From: an uncultured delta proteobacterium
GTDB taxonomy: Bacteria > Myxococcota > Myxococcia > Myxococcales > Anaeromyxobacteraceae
Assembly (NCBI GenBank): GCA_963845515.1
Contig: CAWJSR010000029.1
Span: 336,214-400,213 of the forward strand
Direction of reading: 5' to 3'
DNA length: 64,000 bases
The notes beneath the pieces are model-generated. The model was not told where the DNA came from. It ran no database searches and was given only the letters and a program-made list of their open reading frames with translations. Position 1 is the first letter of the stretch. Every line of letters starts with the position of its first letter. The translations under genes were made by a program, and so were the position numbers. Below, one piece after another: positions 55,542 to 64,000 of this stretch.

Positions 55542-56607
55542 CTATGATGAAAGGATGGATGATAATTTTTCTTTAAAACTATTTAAACCAGCATTAGTTT
55601 GAAATATTAATCTTATCTTAAGATACCAAATTTCTTCACTAATTTGTGATTTAATTTCAATAATTCTTATTGCGTCCTTTTCAGTCATAACAATACCACT
55701 GGAATATAATTTGTGGAAATGACGAAAATCACGTATGGATAAAGGATGGTGGTCAGAAAAAGCTATTTCTTTGCAGGGTACAATACCGGATTGCCGAAGA
55801 GAGTTAAAAAAACGTTCTGGCCGTGCAATACCACAGATCGCTATGGGATGTCGAGTAGGTAACGTTTTAGAAAACTCTCCACTTTTTAAGTTGGACCATT
55901 CGATTATCTCCTGTAGAAGAATAAAAATATCAAGGTTGGGATACTTTATTTAAAATTTTATTTTTACATTCATTTAACATGGAAACATTTTCTTCTGTTC
56001 CGATTAGAAATGCAACATGGGCTCGAGACAGTGCTGTGACTGGCTCTCGTAAATATCCAGATGGTAAAAGTCTGTCATCAAGTTCCGTTCCGCCTAAACA
56101 AACAATGTCCAGATTTCGTTGAATTCTCCTGTGTTGAAACCCATCATCAAGAATGAATACTGCCTTTTTACTTACCATGCGACTTATCATTTCAGCATTC
56201 TCGATGCGATTTGCACCTATACCAAGCCAGCTTTCAGGAATAGCACTGTGCAGCATTGCTGGCTCATCTCCGGCATCTTGCCACGATACTTCCTGGCCTG
56301 GTTTTGCAATAAAATTATTTTTATTTGGCCTTCTGAATCCTCTTGACAAAAAAACAATTTCTTTGTCAAGTTTACTTAGAATATCACCAATCAGTAACGC
56401 TGATGGCGTTTTTCCTGTTCCTCCAGCACGAATTCCACCTACACTGATCACTGGAAAAGGCATACGATAAGAAATCGATGGGCTTTCAGAATATCGTGCA
56501 TTGTGTTTTTTGATAATAATGGAGTATACTTTCGAGAGCACCTTTACTGGAAGTGAATTTGCCATCCATACAGGAAGTGGTGATTGTAATTGGTCGTTTT
56601 TATTCAT
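55542..56607 (-). CDS. lpxK: tetraacyldisaccharide 4'-kinase, frameshift near 55945
   Basis: PVISVGG..GGTGKTP, LSRG, GDEP, LDDGFQH and LLPSGYLREP; second frame CGIARPERF, FSDHH and MTEKDA. Confidence 0.9.
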
Positions 56608-56618
56608 AAACAGTGCTT

Positions 56619-56728
56619 TATACTCCTCCGTATTGAGTTTGCGAAACATGCTACGGAGTATAACTCTTGATACAATGAGTTTGGTTTACTTTTCTTCACT
56701 TCGCAAACTCATCTACGAAGAGAGTATA
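56619..56728. repeat. ~110-bp element bounded by imperfect 27-29 bp inverted repeats
   Basis: TATACTCCTCCGTATTGAGTTTGCGAA ... TTCGCAAACTCATCTACGAAGAGAGTATA. Confidence 0.6.
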
Positions 56729-57569
56729 CTTTTTTTTTAGCGCGGATTACCCGGGAGTTTCCACCAAGATCCTTGACAGAACTAATATCTTCCCAGTCGT
56801 TGATTGAAAATAATTCCATTACCTCATATTCCTGATTGTATCCTATTTCACAATAAATATAACCCCCTGGTTTGATCCAGTATTTTGTGTCATTCGCAAG
56901 ATACCGGTAGAAATCCAATCCATCTTTGCCGCCTGACAAGGCCCTGCGGGGTTCAAAATCTTTTACTTGTGGTTCAAGCGTCTCCAGCTCTGATTCTGAA
57001 ATATAAGGAGGATTACTTACAATAAAATCGAATTGCTTGTCCATTTTGATTGCCTTTAGTAAGTCACTACAAAGAAGATTTACGCCAGTTTGGACATTTT
57101 GTCTGGCGATCAGAAGTGATTTGTATGAAATATCTACTCCAATACCTTTCCATCCAGGATTACTTTCTGTAAGTATACAAGCAATAATACCAGAACCCGT
57201 ACCGATATCGGCAAAGCAACAGTTTGTTTTCTTTTCGTGAAGGAGCACTTGCTCGACAAGAATCTCAGTGTCCGGGCGCGGTATAAGGACTTCTGGTGAT
57301 ACAGTAAACTCTCTTGAGTAAAAGAAAACTTTACCTAAGATATATTGCAGCGGTTCCCCGGTAAGCCGCCGGTCAATTATACTATCGATTTCAGAAAGAA
57401 GATCTGATGAGATGATTTTATTGTCAAGATAAAGAGCAGTTCTGGAACATTTCAAGATTAATTCCAGAATTGTTTCAGATTGACCAATCGAATGCCCGCC
57501 AATGGTAGGGTGCAATCTTGATTGAATGTATTTGAGTGCTTCTACAGTATTCATCGAAGCTGCTCTCAT
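56709..57569 (-). CDS. prmC: release factor glutamine methyltransferase
   Basis: GEPLQYILG, VLIPRPDTE, DIGTGSG and VSNPPYI. Confidence 0.95.
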   Translation of the reverse strand: MRAASMNTVEALKYIQSRLHPTIGGHSIGQSETILELILKCSRTALYLDNKIISSDLLSEIDSIIDRRLTGEPLQYILGKVFFYSREFTVSPEVLIPRPDTEILVEQVLLHEKKTNCCFADIGTGSGIIACILTESNPGWKGIGVDISYKSLLIARQNVQTGVNLLCSDLLKAIKMDKQFDFIVSNPPYISESELETLEPQVKDFEPRRALSGGKDGLDFYRYLANDTKYWIKPGGYIYCEIGYNQEYEVMELFSINDWEDISSVKDLGGNSRVIRAKKKVYSLRR

Positions 57570-58645
57570 TAAAGTCCGGACTGGCTAACTTTTTCCTCGA
57601 GGTCGGCAATTGCAAGTGCATCAATCAAATCGTCTATATCACCATTGATAACGGCATCTAAGCTGTAAAGGGTTAAATTGATGCGATGGTCGGTCACCCT
57701 GTTCTGAGGAAAATTATAGGTGCGGATCTTCGCACTCCGGTCTCCAGTGCTGACCATACTTTTACGGGCAGCGGATTCTTCAGCTTCAATTTCTGCAATT
57801 TTTTTTTCGTAAAGACGAGTTTGAAGTACCTTGAGTGCTTTGGCCTTGTTCTTGATCTGTGATTTTTCATCTTGACACGTGACAACAATTCCCGATGGTA
57901 TATGAACTATACGGACTGCAGAATATGTCGTATTTACAGATTGCCCTCCAGGGCCGCTGGAACAATATAGATCGATTCGCAAATCATTAGGGTTAATATC
58001 AACTTCAAATTCATCTGCCTCCGGAAATACTGCAACTGAAGCTGCTGATGTATGAATTCTTCCTTGTGCCTCAGTTTGGGGTACTCTCTGAACTCGATGA
58101 ACACCTGATTCATACTTAAGTGTTCCGTAGACGTTATCACCTTTGGCCATAAAGATGATCTCTTTGACAGCGCCAAGATCACCAAAAGAGGAACTAAGGA
58201 TCTCTATGCTCCATCCTTTATTTTCAATAAAATGAGTGTACATTCTGTAGAGATCAGCCGCAAAGATTCCTGCCTCAGTTCCTCCTGTACCGGCACGAAT
58301 CTCCAGTACTGCATTCTTAAGATCCCTAGGATCTCTTGGAACCAGTAAAAGCTTTACCTTCTGTTCAAGGTCAGGTAATTCGGACTCGTACTGATGATAT
58401 TCTTCTAATGCAAGTTCTACAAGATCCGCATCAGATTCGCTTTTGATAATCTGTTGAGCATCATGAATTGATTTGACTGTCTCAAGATATTTTCGGAGTA
58501 CAGGTAAATTTTTATTGATTCCATTGTACTCCTTTCCTAACTTTTCCATTTTTGAAGGATCAGAAATAATTTCTTCCGATGCCATCATATGTTCAAGTTC
58601 TCTGTGGCGTTCAAGTAATCCTTCTACTTTATCAACCATCATCAT
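57569..58645 (-). CDS. prfA: peptide chain release factor 1
   Basis: EIRAGTGG, HRVQRVPQTE (PxT), GGQ and RTYNFPQNRVTDHRI. Confidence 0.96.
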   Translation of the reverse strand: MMMVDKVEGLLERHRELEHMMASEEIISDPSKMEKLGKEYNGINKNLPVLRKYLETVKSIHDAQQIIKSESDADLVELALEEYHQYESELPDLEQKVKLLLVPRDPRDLKNAVLEIRAGTGGTEAGIFAADLYRMYTHFIENKGWSIEILSSSFGDLGAVKEIIFMAKGDNVYGTLKYESGVHRVQRVPQTEAQGRIHTSAASVAVFPEADEFEVDINPNDLRIDLYCSSGPGGQSVNTTYSAVRIVHIPSGIVVTCQDEKSQIKNKAKALKVLQTRLYEKKIAEIEAEESAARKSMVSTGDRSAKIRTYNFPQNRVTDHRINLTLYSLDAVINGDIDDLIDALAIADLEEKVSQSGL

Positions 58646-58860
58646 AGTGCGGCCTTTAATGCTGAGGATGCTACTTCAAGCTGGTCACGATCAGGCTCTT
58701 TTGTCGTTATTTTCTGAAGCCATAGACCTGGTTTAATCAGAAGCTTTACTATGGGCACATTTTGGTAACGATCAGACAACTTCAATACCTCATAAGAGGT
58801 GCCGGAAACAAGAGGAATAAGAATTATATGTATAAAGAATCGGGTAAGAACGTTTGGAAA
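58642..58860 (-). CDS. DUF1385 family protein, C-terminal fragment
   Basis: Manual translation LIPLVSGTSYEVLK..KPGLWLQKITTKEPDRDQLEVA; directly upstream of prfA. Confidence 0.75.
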   Translation of the reverse strand, partial: FPNVLTRFFIHIILIPLVSGTSYEVLKLSDRYQNVPIVKLLIKPGLWLQKITTKEPDRDQLEVASSALKAAL

Positions 58861-58866
58861 TCACGC

Positions 58867-58924
58867 TTTTTTTTTTTTTTGGCGATGTTTCTTGGACATT
58901 TATTGGTTAAGATTACGTATTGCT
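58867..58924. other. poly-T plus nanopore adapter-like junction
   Basis: T14 followed by TTACGTATTGCT at 58913-58924. Confidence 0.8.
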
Positions 58925-59379
58925 GTTTCAAAAAAATGCCCATTCATTTTTACCTTGGTTTATGCGACTACTAAGACGTTGGTTATCTTTGGCTAAAGAA
59001 CTTTTCAAAACCATGTTCAGAAAAATGCGGTTATGGGGAAAATCCGCCTATCGGCGCTGGCAAGAGCGTCAGTGCCAAATGGCGTAGAGAACGTGAACAA
59101 TACGATTATGACGACGAAGACGACAATGACGAGGATTACGACGACGGTAAAACCGAGAATAGAGATATTTTGTTGAAGCATCAAGAAGAGGCCGTATTTA
59201 CACCGATTCAGTCCTTTTCCGAGCCTGACTCATTGACCCCTAGTCTATTGCCAGAGATCAATGAAGTCCCCTCAAACCATCAACACCTGGCCAACCACCA
59301 GTACATTGTTTAATAGAACCAGACTCAAATCTGGCACTTTCATGTTTATGTCTAGTCTTTCTTGGCTCGTTCGTCCTGC

Positions 59380-60000
59380 TGTTCGCTGATCATCGCGGTC
59401 TGGGCCGCCACGCTGGCGACGATCGTCGCCACCATGGCGGCCTCGGCGACACGCGACCCGCACCTATCGCGGCCTGACCTTCAAATACACGCTGATCAAT
59501 CAGCCGATCATGGTGCCGGAAATCGTCACCGCTGTGGCGTTGTTGATCGTCTTTTCCCGGATCAAGGTCTGGACCGGCTATTCCGGCCTCGGCTTCCTGA
59601 TTGCAGCGCGTACACCGCCTTTTGCCTTCCGTTTCGCCTATCTGCCGATCCGGGCTCGGCTGGAGAGCGATGGACCTGACGCTGGAAGCGGGCGGCCGCT
59701 GACCTCTACGCCACACCGTGGCGGGCGTTTCGCCACGTGACGCTCCCCCATTGCTGCGGCCAGCCATCATCGCCGGTTTCATGCTGGCCTTCGTCATTTC
59801 GCTCGACGACGTGGTGATCACCGAATTCGTCAAATCCGGCGGACAGGACACCCTGCCCACCTACATGCTCGGGCAGATCCGGCGTGAAACGACGCCCGAG
59901 ATCAACGCCATCGCCACGGTCTTCCTGGCCCTGTCGACGTGCTGGTGATCATCGTTCTTCTTCGTCAACAGACGAAAACAACAATAATTCGACGTCATAA
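59380..60000 (+). CDS. potC: polyamine ABC transporter permease, PotC-like (frameshifted, partial)
   Basis: MVPEIVTAVALL; PAIIAGFMLAFVISLDDVVIT..TLPTYM..TPEINA. Confidence 0.75.
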
Positions 60001-60020
60001 CAACAGAGAGGAACGGAAGA

Positions 60021-61072
60021 ATGACCATGAAATGGATGACGACGACCGCGACTGCGGCGATCGCGACGCTTGCCTTTGCGGGCGCGGCATCTGCCGCCGG
60101 CGAACTCGAACATCTACAACTGGGGCGACTATACCAACCCCGAGTTGATCAAGAAGTTCGAACAGCAGTTCGACGTCAAGGTGACGATCACCGACTACGA
60201 TTCCAACGACACGGCGCTGGCCAAGGTGCGCGCCGGCGGCCACGGCTTCGACATCGTCGTGCCCTCGGCCAACTACGTGCCGATCTGGGTCAAGGAAGGC
60301 CTGCTGCTCGAAGCCCGTCCCGACCAGATGGAAAACTTCAAGAATGTCGATCCGCGCTGGGTCGACGTCGCCTGGGATCCGGGCCGTCACTATACGGTGC
60401 CGTGGCAGTGGGGCGTCTGACCGGCATCGGCGTCAACAGCAAGGTCTACGGCGGCGACATCAACACCTCGGCGATCTTCCTCGATCCGCCGGCCGAACTG
60501 GTCGGCAAGATCAATGTCGCGCCGGAGATGAACGACGTGCTCTTCGCCACGATCAAGTATTTCGGCGGCGACTGGTGCACCGACGGACAAGGACGTGCTG
60601 CAGCAAGGTGCGCGACAAGCTGGTCGAGGCGAAGCCGAAGTGGCTGGCCATGGACTACAGCGTCACCGAGAAGCTGCCGGCCGGCGACTATGCGGCCGTC
60701 TACTACTGGAACGGCGCCATCATGCGCTCGCGCGCTGCCAGAACGCCGACATCAAGTTCGGCTATCCGAAGGAAGGCTTCCCCTTCTTCATGGACAGCGT
60801 CGCGATCCTGAAGGACGCCAAGAACGCCGACAATGCCAAGCTGTTCATGAACTTCATCATGGAGCCGGAAAACGCGGCGATGATCTCGGCCTTCGCCAAA
60901 TATGCCAACGGCATCAAGGGATCGGAGCAGTTCATGCCGGCTGGACATGAAGGACGCGCCGGAACTGGTCGTTCCGGCCGAATTCGAAGCAGCAGGCGAA
61001 GTTCCTGATCACCTGCGAGCCGGAAGTGCAGCAGCTCTACTACGAAGATCTGGACCGAAGTGCCAGAAGTAA
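60021..61072 (+). CDS. potD: polyamine ABC transporter substrate-binding protein, PotD/PotF-like (frameshifted)
   Basis: [32 protein letters not shown] and [15 protein letters not shown]. Confidence 0.8.
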
Positions 61073-61145
61073 GCCGGTCCGACACTCAACTGACGACAAT
61101 GACCAGCGGGAGTGCCATGCGGCGCTCCCGTCTGGAGGAGCTTCC

Positions 61146-61405
61146 ATGACCACCGATTTTGCCAGGGCGCACGGCTTTGAACACAGCACCGTGTCTCTCG
61201 CCAACTGGCGCACCGCACCCTTCAGCCGCTGGAGTTTTGCCCATGCGGCCGAGTGGTGCCGAGTGCTGTGATCCGCGCCACAGCCGAGCAGCCGGAAACG
61301 GCGTTGGCCCATTCGCCACTGCTGGATGCGCCCCTGGAAACCGGCCTCGCCGGTCATGGCACGGCCCGCGATTTCTCGGCTATGCCCACACGGATGCCTT
61401 CGTCT
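61146..61405 (+). CDS. serine hydrolase (beta-lactamase/NylB-like), N-terminal fragment
   Basis: [35 protein letters not shown]. Confidence 0.55.
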
Positions 61406-61434
61406 TCTGCTGCGCGCTTCGTCTTGTTCTCGCG

Positions 61435-61696
61435 CTCATCGAGATCGACGAGGCCTTCGCGGCAGTGGCCATCATCAGCGCCCGCACGGTCCTCGGCATG
61501 AGCAAGGAGGAATGCTCAAGAAGGTTAACGTCAACGGCAGCGCCATCGCCTACGGCCACCCGATCGGCGCCACGGGCGCAAGGATTCTGATGACGCTGGG
61601 TTACGGCTTCGCCGCCGTGGCGGCGGACTCGGGGTCTGCGGCATCTGCTCCGGCCACGCCCAGGGCGACGCGATGTTCATAAAGGTGGAAAAATGA
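61435..61696 (+). CDS. thiolase, C-terminal fragment
   Basis: [30 protein letters not shown] and [10 protein letters not shown]. Confidence 0.75.
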
Positions 61697-61846
61697 GAGA
61701 GGGCTGGGCTCGGGGAGCGGGGGATTACGGTCTTTCCGCCGTGTAGTTCATAGAATTCTCGGATTGAACCTCGATCCTCCGAGCTTTTCTTTAATGCGAC
61801 AACAGATGGAGCAGATGAATATTTCAGAAAGGAGATCGAGTTCGGG

Positions 61847-63119
61847 ATGAAAGATGTCAGTTGTAAGCGGAGCGAGGACGGCCGTCGGCGAGTTCGGCGG
61901 TTCTCTGAAAGGCGTATCCGTCGTGGAAATGGGCAGGCTACGTGATCAAGGAGGCGATTATACGGGCAGGCCTGCGGCCCGCATCTTCCGGCAGACATCA
62001 AGACTTGCCGCCCCAAGCCCTTTGCGGACCTCGAGATGACGGAGATCAACAGAAGTTGCTGCGACTACGACGAGGGCGGGCTGAAGCCCGTTTATTTCGA
62101 CGAGGTCATCATGGGCAACGTTCTCACTGCCGATCAGGGCCAAACCCCCGCAGGCAGTCGTCCATTTAGCGGGTCTCCGGAGGGACGAACCGTCACGGTC
62201 CATAAGGTCTGCGCCTCCGGCATGAAGGCCATCGCCCTGGCCGCCCAGTCGATCAAGACGGGGGAGCCGGATATCGTCGTCGCAGGCGGCATGGAAAACA
62301 TGAGCAACGTCCCTACGCCCTTGCCGACGCCCGCTGGGGCTTCAGGATGATCATGCCCTTCGGCAAGATCACGGATCTGATGGTGCATGATGGCCTCTGG
62401 GAAATCTTCAACGGCTACCACATGGGATTCACGGCGGAGAACATCGCAGCGAAGTTCCAAAGATTTAAAGGGAAAGCAGGATCGAGTGCCTACGAGAGCG
62501 ATCCGGCGCGCGCGGCCAACGCCAGCGGCGCCGTGGCCGATGAGATCGTCCCCGTCGTGATCCCCCAGAGGAAGGCGATCCCAAGGTCTTCAAGGTGGAC
62601 GAGCGGCCCATGGACACGAGCCTCGAAGATGGCCAAGCTGCCCCGTCTTCGGCAACCGGAACGTCCCACGCCCGGAAACGCTTCGGGCATCAATGACAGC
62701 CCGGCGCGGTGGTCGTCATGAGCGCCGAAAGGCCAAAGGGCTGGGCCTCAAACCCTGGCCAAGATCAAGGGCTCGTCCTCGGACGGCCTCGATTCCGCCT
62801 ACATCGGTCTCGGCCCATCTCGGCGGTCAGGAGCTCTTCAAGAAGCTCAACCTCAGCATGAAGGACATGGGCGTGATCGAGCTCAACGAGGCCTTCGCCG
62901 TCCAGGCCCTGGGCTGCATCAAGGAGCTCGGCGTCGACCTCAACAAGTGCAATCTCAACGGAAGCGGCATCTCCATCGGCCACCCCATCGGCTGCGCGGG
63001 CTACCGGATCACCTATACTCTCGCCATGCAGATGAAGAAGGGCGGCCACCAGTACGGCCTCGCATCCCTCTGCATCGGCGGCGGCCAGGGCATGGCCATG
63101 GTGCTCGAGAGCCGTGTAA
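61847..63119 (+). CDS. acetyl-CoA C-acyltransferase (thiolase), heavily frameshifted
   Basis: GARTAVGEFGGSL, KVCASGMKA, GGMENMS, GNASGIND, NEAFA, GHPIG and CIGGGQG. Confidence 0.85.
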
Positions 63120-63342
63120 CCCGTCAACCTGCCAGGACAACACCCCGGAGCCCATGAGCTCCACCACCATCACAGTGAACCCTGTTCCGGGCGGGAAGAC
63201 CTTCTCCCGCCGGGGACGGGACCGTCGGATGCGGAGATTCGCCGTTTCGCGGCCGGCCCCTGGAGAGAGGACTGTGCCGCGGGCGCTGTGCCCAGATGGG
63301 CTGGAACCATGGATGACAAATTCAGAATAGGAGGGTCAGAAG

Positions 63343-64000
63343 ATGGCGATCAGAACAATCGGTGTCATTGGGGCTGGCCGATGGGCAACGGCATCTGTCA
63401 GGTCGCTGCGTTCCCGGGCGGCATCAATGTCATCATGAACAACATGGCCGGACCAAGTACGTCAACAAGGGATTCGACACGATTTCCAAGAATCTGGATG
63501 GCCTTATCACCAAGGACAAGATCAAGGCGGACCAGAAACGGAAATCCTCAGCCGGATCAAGAAGCACCAACCTCGAGGACATGAAGGCAGCCAACATGAT
63601 CATCGAGGCGGCCACGAGACGTGAAGATCTGAAGCTCGGGATCTTCAAGAAGCTCGACGAGGTCTGCAAGCCCGGCGTGATCCTCGCGTCGAACACATCG
63701 TCAATCCCATCACGCGGATCGCCGGCGCCACGAAGCGCCCCGAGCTCGTCATCGGCATGCACTTCATGAACCCCGTCCCGGTCATGCAGCTCGTCGAGAT
63801 CATCAAGTCTGTCGTGGCGTCCAGGAAACCTACAACACCGTCGAGGCCTCCTCGAAGCAGTTCGGCAAGATCCCCGTCAGTGCAACGACTTCCCAGGGCT
63901 TCATCTCTCCAACCGCATCCTCATGCCCATGATCAACGAGGCCTTCTACACACTGATGGAAGGCGTCGGCTCTCCCAAGGCCATCGACGACGTCGTCAAG
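63343..64000 (+). CDS. 3-hydroxybutyryl-CoA dehydrogenase, partial and frameshifted
   Basis: [41 protein letters not shown] and [11 protein letters not shown]. Confidence 0.85.

Noticed and set aside
58925..59330. Low-GC coding fragment with an acidic tract, possibly an FtsK-like linker
   Set aside because: Frameshifted with no diagnostic motif; cannot be assigned.

Overview
The window has two parts. Bases 1 to ~47,914 are one coherent, very GC-rich chromosomal segment from an Anaeromyxobacter-like myxobacterium (Myxococcota; inferred from gene content and order). It carries a J-domain gene, argF, argD, xerC, an aglU-like lipoprotein, trmFO, a DksA/TraR paralog, an ExbB/ExbD/ExbD (AglRQS-like) motor, topA, dprA, a tsaP-like LysM gene, pgeF, a short aglZ and a pilT paralog operon. 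It continues with prfB (programmed frameshift), lnt, ybeY, a 7TM-HD phosphohydrolase, phoH, a DUF4388/MshEN/pseudopilin-like protein, a TPR membrane protein, mazG, rpsT, lptE, leuS, asnS, a receptor-less chemosensory operon containing a HEAT protein and an ExeA-like ATPase, nusB, ribH and truncated ribBA. Six genes carry single +1 frameshifts that look like long-read errors. Bases ~47,915-64,000 are a mosaic of unrelated, error-rich fragments: two alphaproteobacterial pieces, an ISAs1 piece, an actinobacterial-like piece with tRNA-Leu, a low-GC prfA-prmC-lpxK piece and a thiolase-hbd piece. Several junctions contain Oxford Nanopore adapter-like sequence and poly-T, so this part is probably chimeric reads and its gene adjacencies should not be interpreted. 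No CRISPR array, rRNA, prophage or defence island is visible. Best candidates for new biology: (1) a palindromic repeat that appears to supply the SD and GTG start of two different lipoprotein genes; (2) a DUF4388-MshEN-TM-GspG-like protein encoded with a 7TM-HD phosphodiesterase; (3) an MCP-less Che system with ExeA and HEAT proteins; (4) repeated leaderless-type promoters. All family assignments are from motif recognition and recall, not database searches.
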